Shown here: one piece after another, positions 8,442 to 17,141 of the stretch
Numbering within the stretch: position 1 is the stretch's first letter
Layout: every line of letters begins with the position of its first letter
Source: Candidatus Bathyarchaeota archaeon B24-2
Lineage (GTDB): Archaea > Thermoproteota > Bathyarchaeia > Bathyarchaeales > B24-2
Assembly (NCBI GenBank): GCA_002490245.1
Contig: PCNA01000003.1
Span: forward strand, 1-40,054
Direction: 5' to 3'
DNA: 40,054 nt
Made by a program: the position numbers and the translations under genes
The notes under the pieces: generated by a model
The model's input: only the letters and a program-made list of their open reading frames with translations
Told to the model about the DNA's origin: nothing
Databases searched by the model: none

Positions 8442-9104
8442 TTACTCTCCGTCTAATTCTTCTAACGCTACGGCTCTTATCCAAGAGGAGTCTAAGTTCT
8501 TTATCCTTAACGGTAGACCTATGAAGAAGAACCTTTTCTTCTTTAGCTGGTTTAGGTTTGCAAGCCGCTCGATTATCGGTATATCGTTCTTAAGCAGGTT
8601 CTCGTGGGTTGCCATTAACTCGTAGCTCGCTTCAACCTTGATCGAATTATCGACCCCCAGAAGCTTAATCTTCTTTTCAGCCATCCACTTCGCGGCTTCA
8701 GGAGATATGGCGGGTCTATCGTCACCCTTATAGGGACTCCAGATGAGCACTATATCCCCAGACTTCACACCAGCCTTCTCCAAGTCCTCAGGGGTTAAAG
8801 GTTCACCAGGCTTCTTATAGCCCAAATCTATGCCTACAGCTTCGCCCATGAACGTTTCTATCGGCAGAGACGTCCCGTCTTTCCCGCCTCTCACATAGTG
8901 GGCTGGAAACTCCACGTGTGTCCCGATATGTGTTTCCGTTTCGACCCAGTGCATGATTGTGTTATCAGGCTTGTATATGAACTCTCTTATCTCGAGCCTT
9001 CTAACCTCTGATCCATGAACGTATTCTCCGTTGGTGTTAAGGGTTCCTGGAACGAGTTCCTCAGAGAGGTCTACTATCCGATATTTCTTCAGGTCGATCA
9101 CCAT
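8442..9104 (-). CDS. Cyclase family metal-dependent hydrolase (kynurenine formamidase-like)
   Basis: HIGTHVEFPAH (variant of HxGTHxDxPxH), GVD, H..LL....IIE and SSWIRAVA. Confidence 0.85.
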   Translation of the reverse strand: MVIDLKKYRIVDLSEELVPGTLNTNGEYVHGSEVRRLEIREFIYKPDNTIMHWVETETHIGTHVEFPAHYVRGGKDGTSLPIETFMGEAVGIDLGYKKPGEPLTPEDLEKAGVKSGDIVLIWSPYKGDDRPAISPEAAKWMAEKKIKLLGVDNSIKVEASYELMATHENLLKNDIPIIERLANLNQLKKKRFFFIGLPLRIKNLDSSWIRAVALEELDGE

Positions 9105-9221
9105 TTTCGACCCCTCATAACGATCTCTAGTAATCGGTAAATAAACTCTTCTGAATTATGGGGTCTAGAGAAGCCGTTGTTCAGAGAACTGTCAGACTTA
9201 TTTCTTTAGAATCCTAAAGGT

Positions 9222-10427
9222 TTAAGCGTTTTCGATGGTTTTCAGACGTAAGCGGAGCGTCTCCCAATCTCCGACCGGACAGCTAACCTTCTTACCCATC
9301 AGGTATACCGTATTCTCGGACAGCCTCCGATAAAACGGGAGTTTAACCACCGTTCCATCGACCAGTCTCCCCCGAATTTTCACCTTAACTTCTGTACCTT
9401 CCTTCGAGTATTCGATCGGCAGGTAAGCCATGGCGATCCCCACCTTCAGTAGAGGAGAGAACGTCCCGCTTGTAACCTGACCTAAGACCTCCCCGTCTAC
9501 GATCACTTCTTGACCTGGACGCGGTATCCCTCGCTCTAGAAGCCTTATACCGACCCTCTTACGCTTTATACCTTCCCTCTTCTGCTTTAAGAGGGCTTCC
9601 TTACCTATGAAGTCGCCTTTATCGAACTTAACTACGAAGCTTAACCCGGCTTCGAGAGGTGTGGTCTCCTCGGTTAAGTCGTTCCCGTATAGACACATTC
9701 CAGCCTCAAGTCTAAGCGTGTCTCTGGCGCCTAATCCGCAAGGCTCTATACCTTCAGACTTACCAGCCGAAAGGATCGAGTTCCAGACTTTAAACGCTTT
9801 CTGGGGGTCTTGGAGGCTGGTGTCCCACACGAAGACTTCAAAGCCGTCTTCTCCGGTATATCCTGTTCTAGAGACGAAGACTTTACATTCCTCGATCTCT
9901 GTCCACAGGCATTTAAAACGCCTTAAGGTGGAGAGGTCTTGGGTAGATATTCTCTGAAGGACAGATTCCGCTTTCGGCCCCTGAACAGCAAACATCGCTA
10001 TGTTGTCAGAGACGTCCTCGACCTTTACGTCGAACTTTTCTGAGTTATCCTTCAACCATCCATAGTCTTTCTCCCTGTTACTTGCGTTATAGACCACGAG
10101 GTATAAGTTATCCTCGAGTTTCGATATTACTAGATCGTCCTTCACCCCACCGTTATGGTTGCAGAAGGTTGTGTACTGGGCGCTCAGAGGATTAAGCGAA
10201 GACACGTCGTTCGTCGTAACGTAATTCAGAAAACTCTCTGCTTGAGGCCCGCTTACCAGACATCTGCCCATATGGCTAACGTCGAATATGCCCACACTTT
10301 CTCTTACGGCCATATGTTCAACGATTATACCCTTATACCACACAGGCATGGAGAAACCGGCGAACTCGGTTAATTTCCCGTTAGCCTGATGAAAAGAGAA
10401 TAGGTGAGTCTTCTTTAGGGCTGACAC
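9222..10427 (-). CDS. gcvT: Glycine cleavage system aminomethyltransferase T
   Basis: FDVSHMG, SRTGYTGEDGFE, GLGARDTLRLEAG and VTSGTFSP motifs. Confidence 0.95.
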   Translation of the reverse strand: MSALKKTHLFSFHQANGKLTEFAGFSMPVWYKGIIVEHMAVRESVGIFDVSHMGRCLVSGPQAESFLNYVTTNDVSSLNPLSAQYTTFCNHNGGVKDDLVISKLEDNLYLVVYNASNREKDYGWLKDNSEKFDVKVEDVSDNIAMFAVQGPKAESVLQRISTQDLSTLRRFKCLWTEIEECKVFVSRTGYTGEDGFEVFVWDTSLQDPQKAFKVWNSILSAGKSEGIEPCGLGARDTLRLEAGMCLYGNDLTEETTPLEAGLSFVVKFDKGDFIGKEALLKQKREGIKRKRVGIRLLERGIPRPGQEVIVDGEVLGQVTSGTFSPLLKVGIAMAYLPIEYSKEGTEVKVKIRGRLVDGTVVKLPFYRRLSENTVYLMGKKVSCPVGDWETLRLRLKTIENA

Positions 10428-10434
10428 CTCAACA

Positions 10435-10614
10435 TCACTCTAACGGGTTTTGTTGAGCAAGTTTTATATCTATCTTTAATGGGATAAAAGAGAGTTCCTT
10501 ACCGCAGTAGGGGCATTTTCCACCCATCATCTCGATTATCTCGTCCGGAGGCTTCAAGTCCTCGCTACGGTATATTACCTTCCCACACTTACCACAGATA
10601 ACCTTCTGAGGCAC
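10435..10614 (-). CDS. Small zinc-ribbon protein (59 aa, not in the ORF track)
   Basis: GTG start gives MPQKVICGKCGKVIYRSEDLKPPDEIIEMMGGKCPYCGKELSFIPLKIDIKLAQQNPLE*. Two CxxCG motifs, a GGTGA RBS upstream, and a stop 7 nt before gcvT. Confidence 0.8.
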   Translation of the reverse strand: MPQKVICGKCGKVIYRSEDLKPPDEIIEMMGGKCPYCGKELSFIPLKIDIKLAQQNPLE

Positions 10615-10700
10615 AATTATTCACCAACATCGATAGAACGTAGAACATATATTTCAATCTTCGCTTAAGCAACGCTTTTATACATCTTAGACACGCGTCT

Positions 10701-12788
10701 TTGAGAGGGACGATGTCTATAAAGAAGGGTTACACACTGGTGATTACGGAAAAACCTACGGCGGCACTTAGAGTAGCTAGGGCTTTAGACATCAACGGCA
10801 AACCAAAAAAACTCAGGTTAGGCAGCATCCCGTACTTCCTATCTAGAAACACGAAGGACATAGTCGTCGTCTCGGCCTTAGGCCACCTATACACGGTAAC
10901 GCAGGAAGGAGGGGGAAGAAACTTCTATCCAGTCTTCGACTATAAATGGGCTCCTAGACACTTAGTGGAGAGAAACGCAGGCAAAATTAAGGATTGGATA
11001 GAAGCGATCTCTAAGCTATCAGAAGGGGCAGACGAATTCATCAATTCATGCGACTACGATGTTGAAGGAAGCCTCATAGGATACACGATATTAAAGTATG
11101 CTTGTGGGGGAAAGGAGAAGCACGCGAAGAGGATGAAGTTCTCGACTTTAACGAAGAGGGATCTTATAGAAGCCTACAACAACGTTTCTTCTACGCTCGA
11201 TTTCCCGCTCGTCTACGCGGGAAAAACGAGGCATGAAGTAGATTGGTTATACGGAATAAACCTCTCGAGGGCGTTAACCTTATCTGCTAAAAGGTGGAGT
11301 GGCAAATATTCGACTTTAAGCACAGGGAGGGTTCAGGGTCCAACCCTAAAGTTTCTCTATAACAGGGAGAAGGAGATCCTGTCTTTCGTTCCTACGCCAT
11401 ACTGGGAGGTTAAGGCGAGGATTGAAGTTAAAGGCGAAACCTTAGATGTGGAGTTCGAAGGGGGCAAGATATACAAGAAGAGTGAGGCAGACCGCATAGT
11501 CGACGTATGTAGGGGGAAAACCGGAGAAGTCGTAGATGTTAAGGTAAAGAGGTTTCATGTAGCCCCTCCTATACCCTTCGACCTAGGGCTACTTCAAACA
11601 GAAGCATACAGACATTTCAGGTACACTCCGAGAAGAACTCTGAACATAGCCGAACGGCTCTATCTTGAGGCCTTAATCTCTTACCCGAGAACCAGCAGCC
11701 AAAAATTGCCTCCATCGATAAATTACACAGAGATCTTGAAGGGGTTGAGCGGGATTCCAGCCTACAGAAAACTGGCTGAATCGCTGTTAAGTAAAGACGA
11801 ACTTAAACCTAAGGAGGGGAAACGGGAGGATCCTGCCCATCCAGCGATCTATCCGACGGGAAACAAGCCTGAAAGAGAGTTAAGCGATCAGGAGAGACGG
11901 GTATACGACCTAATCGTAAGAAGATTCATGGCGGTGTTCGGAGAACCTGCAGTAAAGGAGAGCGTGAAAGTAACGATCGATGTTAAGGGATATAGATTCC
12001 TTTTAAGAGGAAAGAGGGTTCTAAAGGAGGGTTGGATCAGGCTTTATGGCCCCTACGTTAAAGACGAAGCCGTCATTTTACCGCCTCTAAGTAACGGCGA
12101 AACCGTAGTGGTTAAGGAGGTCTTGAGAGAAGACAAGTTTACCCATCCGCCTCCACGTTATAATCCGGCCAGCCTCTTGAAGAAGATGGAGGAGGAAAGG
12201 ATAGGGACTAAGGCCACCAGAGCAGACATCATTCAAACCCTCTATGACAGAGGGTACATAACGGGTGAAAGAATAGTCGTTACGGAGATAGGGTTCGACG
12301 TCATAGAAGTCCTCGAGAAAAACTGTCCAAGGGTTCTCTCGGTAGACTTAACCAGAGAACTCGAGGAGAAGATGGAAAAGATAGCTAGAGGCGAAGAAGA
12401 GGACGTAAACGTTATAATAGAGGCTGTCGAACACCTTAAACCTATACTCGAGGAGTTTAAGTCCAAAGAAAGGCTGATAGGAGAGGCTTTAAGCAACGCT
12501 ATAAAGGCAACGAGGATGAAGAACAGGATAGTGGGAAGCTGCCCTACATGTGGAAGCGGAAAACTTATGATCCTCTACTCACGTAAGACGGGGAAAAGGT
12601 TCATCGGATGTACAAACTACTTCAAAGGGTTATGTAAAACGTCTTTCCCGCTCCCGCAGAAGGGAACCGTTAAACCTACTGGAGAGAAGTGTAAACACTG
12701 TGGCTGGCCGACTGTATCGGTCAGGATTAAAGGGAAGAGGCCGTGGAACCTATGCTTTAACCCTAATTGTCCATCGAAAGGAGATTAA
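10701..12788 (+). CDS. topA: DNA topoisomerase IA (archaeal TopA/TopoIII type) with C-terminal zinc ribbons
   Basis: TOPRIM TEKP and DYDVEG, GRVQGPTL, catalytic SYPRT, and CPTCG/CKHCG ribbons. The start may be the ATG four codons in. Confidence 0.95.
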   Translation: MRGTMSIKKGYTLVITEKPTAALRVARALDINGKPKKLRLGSIPYFLSRNTKDIVVVSALGHLYTVTQEGGGRNFYPVFDYKWAPRHLVERNAGKIKDWIEAISKLSEGADEFINSCDYDVEGSLIGYTILKYACGGKEKHAKRMKFSTLTKRDLIEAYNNVSSTLDFPLVYAGKTRHEVDWLYGINLSRALTLSAKRWSGKYSTLSTGRVQGPTLKFLYNREKEILSFVPTPYWEVKARIEVKGETLDVEFEGGKIYKKSEADRIVDVCRGKTGEVVDVKVKRFHVAPPIPFDLGLLQTEAYRHFRYTPRRTLNIAERLYLEALISYPRTSSQKLPPSINYTEILKGLSGIPAYRKLAESLLSKDELKPKEGKREDPAHPAIYPTGNKPERELSDQERRVYDLIVRRFMAVFGEPAVKESVKVTIDVKGYRFLLRGKRVLKEGWIRLYGPYVKDEAVILPPLSNGETVVVKEVLREDKFTHPPPRYNPASLLKKMEEERIGTKATRADIIQTLYDRGYITGERIVVTEIGFDVIEVLEKNCPRVLSVDLTRELEEKMEKIARGEEEDVNVIIEAVEHLKPILEEFKSKERLIGEALSNAIKATRMKNRIVGSCPTCGSGKLMILYSRKTGKRFIGCTNYFKGLCKTSFPLPQKGTVKPTGEKCKHCGWPTVSVRIKGKRPWNLCFNPNCPSKGD

Positions 12789-12794
12789 TGAGAT

Positions 12795-13016
12795 ATGAAG
12801 TGCTCGATCTGCGGAAGAAAAAGCGAGGGAGAATTCTGTGACTATCATCTATTAGCGTACAGAAAACTTAAGGAAGCCTATGTCAAATGGAAAGAGGCAA
12901 CCGATATCTCATGGACAGAATATTTAAGTGAGATCGTGAAAAATCCATTTACGGGTGAGTGGAGCAAGGAGGTCGCGAAAAAACTTTTAGAGGACGGTAA
13001 AGATGAAGCGAAGTAG
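12795..13016 (+). CDS. Small hypothetical protein with CxxC-x8-CxxH motif
   Basis: MKCSICGR...FCDYH; tightly packed between topA and the next gene. Confidence 0.75.
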   Translation: MKCSICGRKSEGEFCDYHLLAYRKLKEAYVKWKEATDISWTEYLSEIVKNPFTGEWSKEVAKKLLEDGKDEAK

Positions 13017-13401
13017 AGCTCCCTCAAAGATGCTAGATATAATCTCGAGACTGAAATTTTCGGAGAAAGTAATGATCATCCTAATGTTAACCTTAACAAT
13101 CTTCATTTTAGGCGGCGGAATATACGACCTGATCTATAGGCCTGTATCGACTATTCCGTTTATGGGTAGATACGTGTTCTATTATCCATACTCGATTAAT
13201 GAGCAAACCCTTAATGAAAGCATAACCGTGATGATATTCTACGTTATGGGCACGGTTGGAATGATCCTGATGTACCAGAGCACGAAGTATATGAGTTCTC
13301 CGAGAAAGGCTTACGCCACCCTACTATTAGGTATAGTACTGTTCATATTGGGGTACGGCTTAACAGAAGTCCTATATAGGATGAAGGTAGGCATGTTGTA
13401 A
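13003..13401 (+). CDS. Three-TM membrane protein, OST3/OST6 / OSTC(DC2)-like oligosaccharyltransferase accessory subunit
   Basis: GGGIYDLIYRP...NEQTLNES...MGTVGMILM...YRMK aligns by eye with OSTC/DC2 as recalled (GGIIYDVIVEPP...NGQYIMEG...MGGLGFIIL...MRMK). Confidence 0.7.
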   Translation: MKRSRAPSKMLDIISRLKFSEKVMIILMLTLTIFILGGGIYDLIYRPVSTIPFMGRYVFYYPYSINEQTLNESITVMIFYVMGTVGMILMYQSTKYMSSPRKAYATLLLGIVLFILGYGLTEVLYRMKVGML

Positions 13402-13414
13402 AGTCTAATTCTCT

Positions 13415-13909
13415 TTACCATGGAACCTTCTTGAACCCAAAGATGTAGGCGAACAAGTTGGTAAGTACGTGGATTATAGGCGTCAAGAGTAGAACCGTTA
13501 TTATAACTTCTATCTTGATCGGAGAAACTAGGTAAGCGAAGCCTATGGCGAAAAGTACGAACGTTAACTGATCTAGGATGGGAAAGGGTTTTCCAGGAGG
13601 GAAGTTTAACCTTCTTTTTATGAAAGAGCCTGAAAGATCGCCTACTAACGTGCCTATAGAAAGAGCCACGCCGACTTTAAAGTCATAGTTGAGAAGGTAG
13701 TAGAGTATGGCGGCGGTTAAGATCCCAAACAGTAATCCAGATATGGTGCCTCTAACCGTTTTGTGGTTACCGAACAGAGGTTTTCCGTCCAGAAAGAGTT
13801 TACCTTGGTCGAGCGGTTTACCGCCGCCGAAGATTACGGGAGCGGCGTTGGCACAATACGCGGGTAGGATGAAGATCAGCGACGACGTCATCAACTTTAT
13901 GAATTCCAA
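13415..13909 (-). CDS. carS: CDP-archaeol synthase
   Basis: PAYCANAAPV, PLDQG, G.HKTVRG, GDLSGSFIKRR, LDQL and terminal KKVPW. Confidence 0.92.
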   Translation of the reverse strand: MEFIKLMTSSLIFILPAYCANAAPVIFGGGKPLDQGKLFLDGKPLFGNHKTVRGTISGLLFGILTAAILYYLLNYDFKVGVALSIGTLVGDLSGSFIKRRLNFPPGKPFPILDQLTFVLFAIGFAYLVSPIKIEVIITVLLLTPIIHVLTNLFAYIFGFKKVPW

Positions 13910-13912
13910 AGG

Positions 13913-14626
13913 CTAACCTCCCACCTCCAAGCCACGAATACCGTTTTCACAGATTTTTAGGTTAATAACGCTCGATTCTCCCCTTTTAAACCCTTTCTCG
14001 ATAGACGCTTGAATAACCCCCGACTTTGAAGAACGTTTTAATCGTATAACCACGTCTGACCAGTAGTTTAAGATGCGGGTAGCCACTGGCTCGACGGCTT
14101 CCGGATCAACGTTCTCAGATAGCTGACGTCTTACTTGAGCGGTAAGCATAGCCGCAGCCCCTGAACCTTTAATGGCATCCGCGATGAACGCTAACTGTCT
14201 GTTTAGCTCACGGTTCAAGACGAAGGACTCAGCCTTACTACCGAGCTCAAGGCGGTAAAGGGAGGTTATAGTATCGAATATTATCAAGCCCACCCTTCCC
14301 GTCAAATATTCATGTAGATGGTCTACGAAGTAGCCTTGCATCTCGAAGGACTCAGGTTGTATTATGAGAATCAGCGGGGAAATCTTACTTAAGTGGGGGC
14401 CTGAGATCTGGGATAAACGCTCCGTCGAGAACGACGATTCAGGGTCCACGAATATAGACTTAAGGTTCATCATCGCCGCGTTAACGGCTAGCTGAATAGC
14501 CAACGTGGTTTTTCCGGTTCCCGCCTCTCCATAAAATAGATACATAAGTCCAGGTTTTAGTCCTCCGTCCAACATCGAGTCTAAACCCTTACATCCTGTA
14601 GGTATAGTCCGACTTGAATAGTCCAC
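13913..14626 (-). CDS. radB: RadB-like RecA-family DNA repair ATPase
   Basis: IPTGCKGLDSMLDGG and Walker A GEAGTGKT; RecA core only, lacking the RadA N-terminal domain. Confidence 0.8.
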   Translation of the reverse strand: MDYSSRTIPTGCKGLDSMLDGGLKPGLMYLFYGEAGTGKTTLAIQLAVNAAMMNLKSIFVDPESSFSTERLSQISGPHLSKISPLILIIQPESFEMQGYFVDHLHEYLTGRVGLIIFDTITSLYRLELGSKAESFVLNRELNRQLAFIADAIKGSGAAAMLTAQVRRQLSENVDPEAVEPVATRILNYWSDVVIRLKRSSKSGVIQASIEKGFKRGESSVINLKICENGIRGLEVGG

Positions 14627-14708
14627 AGGTAAAACCTTAATGAGTGAGGGTTTATATAAGTACTTACTGTAGAGAGTCGATATCGTTTAGAGAATTGTTG
14701 GTAGAGGC

Positions 14709-15350
14709 ATGATGAAAAGGAAGATTGCGGTGGCCACGGTCTCCGGTAAGGCATATTACCTGATAGTCCGGGAGCTAGAGAAGCTAAAGGTGCCCTTCAT
14801 CAGTTTAAGGCCTTGGGACGCCGTCCCCACGGAGGTCGACGTAGTCATCACGACAGAAAAAGAGAGGGATATGGTAAACCATCCTACAATCGTAACCCTC
14901 AGCGAGGAAGGCGACGTTAGCGAGGCTGTAGGTAAAGCCGTAAAGCTGGCTATGGAAAAGGAGGGGGAGGACGCCGTAGTCTTGGGTGTAGACCCAGGTA
15001 AAACTTACGGTTTAGCCTTGCTTGTCGGTAGAGAGGTGTATGAGACCTCCACTCACAGCACGCTTGGAGGAGTCCTCAGGGCGATACTTAAAGCCTTAAA
15101 CGCTCTACCTTTCCCAAAGAAGATCGTGAGAGTGGGAGGGGGAGCCCAGCCTTATACGGACGAGTTGATCAAGTCTTTGGATGACCTTCTACCTCGAAAC
15201 GTGACCATAGAGGTCGTTAACGAGGAGGGAACGACCAAGAAGATTAAGGATGTCGAGAAGGTCGGTGGAGGAAAGGACGCAAGTTCAGCCGTTATGATAG
15301 CCATGCGAAAGGGGAAGGTTTGCGCTAGAGGAAAGGCCGGCGAGCGATAG
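14709..15350 (+). CDS. Hypothetical protein with RNase H-like (YqgF/RuvC-like) C-terminal domain
   Basis: LGVDPGKTYGLA, VNEEGTT and DASSA match YqgF-type acidic motifs. Confidence 0.65.
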   Translation: MMKRKIAVATVSGKAYYLIVRELEKLKVPFISLRPWDAVPTEVDVVITTEKERDMVNHPTIVTLSEEGDVSEAVGKAVKLAMEKEGEDAVVLGVDPGKTYGLALLVGREVYETSTHSTLGGVLRAILKALNALPFPKKIVRVGGGAQPYTDELIKSLDDLLPRNVTIEVVNEEGTTKKIKDVEKVGGGKDASSAVMIAMRKGKVCARGKAGER

Positions 15351-15371
15351 GGGCGCTTAAGGTGGAAGGAG

Positions 15372-16067
15372 TTGAAGATACTGGTTATAGCGGATATACA
15401 CGCGAACATAGTCGCTTTTAAGGCTGTCCTATCCGACGTGAAGGACTACGACTTGATACTCCATGCCGGCGACATAGTGGACTATAACCCTTGGCCCGGT
15501 GAGGCGATAGACCTAGTTAAGGAACTCGGAGTTAAGACCGTTATAGGAAATCACGACAGAGACTCGGCGACCGGGGCTCCTGTAGGATATAACCCCTACG
15601 CGGAGATAAGCTGCCTATGGACGCATAGAAGATTAACGAGAAAGGAGAAACTTTACCTGCTAAGACTCCCAGAAACCTTAACTTACGACTTTAACGGTGT
15701 CAAGGTTTTTATGTGTCATGGTAGCCCTAACTTCCCGGTCGACGAGTATATTTTTCCTCCACCCACAACACCTGAAAGATACCTTAAAGAATTGGTTATG
15801 AAGGCTGGGGCAGACGTCCTGATCTTAGGACACACGCATGTACCGTTCATCTATAAAGTCGACGGAAAATACGTTTTAAACCCGGGTGGAGTCGGGCAAC
15901 CCCGCGATGGAGACCCTAGAGCGAGCTACGTTATGATGGAGGTTGACGGGGGAGAGGTGAGATTCGAGCATCGTAGAGTGCGTTACGATGTCGAGAAGGT
16001 GGCAGACGAGATACTCAAGGTCGGCTTACCGGAGATGCTTGCTAGAAGACTGTACTTCGGATTCTAG
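15372..16067 (+). CDS. Metallophosphoesterase (YfcE/MJ0936-like)
   Basis: DIHAN, GDIVDY, GNHD, HGSP, GHTH and NPGGVGQPRD. Confidence 0.92.
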   Translation: MKILVIADIHANIVAFKAVLSDVKDYDLILHAGDIVDYNPWPGEAIDLVKELGVKTVIGNHDRDSATGAPVGYNPYAEISCLWTHRRLTRKEKLYLLRLPETLTYDFNGVKVFMCHGSPNFPVDEYIFPPPTTPERYLKELVMKAGADVLILGHTHVPFIYKVDGKYVLNPGGVGQPRDGDPRASYVMMEVDGGEVRFEHRRVRYDVEKVADEILKVGLPEMLARRLYFGF

Positions 16068-16738
16068 AGTCTAGCTCCGAACGTCTTAGAGCCTGTTACA
16101 CAGAACTCTATTATAGGGCATGACCGGCATCTCGGCTTTCTCGCTCTACAATACTTCCTACCCAAGGCTATAAACGCCAGATGAACCGTTAAATAATCTT
16201 CCACTTTAAACAGGGATTCTAAGGTCTTCCTCAACTCCTCGTAGCCAGCTCCCTCCTCAACGATCTTTAACCTCTCCGAAACCCTTCTCACGTGTGTATC
16301 CACAGGTATTACAGGCCTCCCAGCCGAGAACAGGAGGACTACGTCGCATGTCTTCGGGCCTACACCAGGCAAACTCATCAACTTCTCTCTAGCTTCGTCT
16401 AGCTCCGCGGTGTATACGAAGTCGAGGTTTCCTCCAAACCTTTCCAAAATCTCTTTCGAGACGGCTTTTATGACCTTTGCTTTATTCCTCTGTAGACCGC
16501 CTATTCTGATGGCTGATTCTATGTCTTCTATGCTGGCCTCTGCAAGTTTGCTGGGAGAAACCTTAAACCTTTTAGCTAGTCTCTTGAAAGCTCTTTCAGT
16601 ATTTATGCTGCTCGTAGACTGCGAGAGTATAGTCCTTATTAGGGTCTCGAAGGGATCTCTCTTAACGTGTGTTGGCCGTAGAGCGCCGAACTCGAACTTT
16701 AATTTTTCGAGTATTCTGCTGGCCGTGGAGTAGTCCAT
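16064..16738 (-). CDS. nth: Endonuclease III (HhH-GPD glycosylase with 4Fe-4S cluster)
   Basis: LSQ, HhH LPGVGPKT, PVDTHV and C-x6-C-x2-C-x5-C. The probable start is ATG at 16738; the longer ORF-track start overlaps two + strand genes. Confidence 0.9.
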   Translation of the reverse strand: MDYSTASRILEKLKFEFGALRPTHVKRDPFETLIRTILSQSTSSINTERAFKRLAKRFKVSPSKLAEASIEDIESAIRIGGLQRNKAKVIKAVSKEILERFGGNLDFVYTAELDEAREKLMSLPGVGPKTCDVVLLFSAGRPVIPVDTHVRRVSERLKIVEEGAGYEELRKTLESLFKVEDYLTVHLAFIALGRKYCRARKPRCRSCPIIEFCVTGSKTFGARL

Positions 16739-16787
16739 GAGGAAACCTATATAGATGGTTGTATAAAGATGTGTTTGGTAGGTTTCG

Positions 16788-17141
16788 ATGGCTAAAGTAT
16801 CGAAGTTCGAGCTTTTGAGTGGAGAAAAGAAGTTTACCGCCGTTAAATTAACCGTGGAGAACGCCGTCTTCATGCTTCTCAGCGAGGATGAAGAGAGCCT
16901 CGGAACACTAGCCGTAGCGATCCCACAGAAAGGCGGTATGCTCGGTCCGTCGATCTCCTCTGTTCTTCTAGGCAACCGTGAATCCATGCTTACGAGGATG
17001 CTAGCTGAGCGGCTTGCACATTTAACCGGAAAGATGAGCCTAGTGTCTCTCTTCGCTAGAACGGTATACGGCATGGAGGCCGCTAAACTATACGCGAAGC
17101 TTTTTGACGGTGTTATGAAGGCTGAGGAGAGAAGTCTATGA
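16788..17141 (+). CDS. Proteasome assembly chaperone 4 (PAC4/PSMG4)-like protein
   Basis: LGTLAVAIP...SSVLLG...LAERLAHLTGKMSLVS resembles the recalled PAC4 pattern LAVAM...STSLLG...LAQRLARKTNKQVFVS. Confidence 0.6.
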   Translation: MAKVSKFELLSGEKKFTAVKLTVENAVFMLLSEDEESLGTLAVAIPQKGGMLGPSISSVLLGNRESMLTRMLAERLAHLTGKMSLVSLFARTVYGMEAAKLYAKLFDGVMKAEERSL

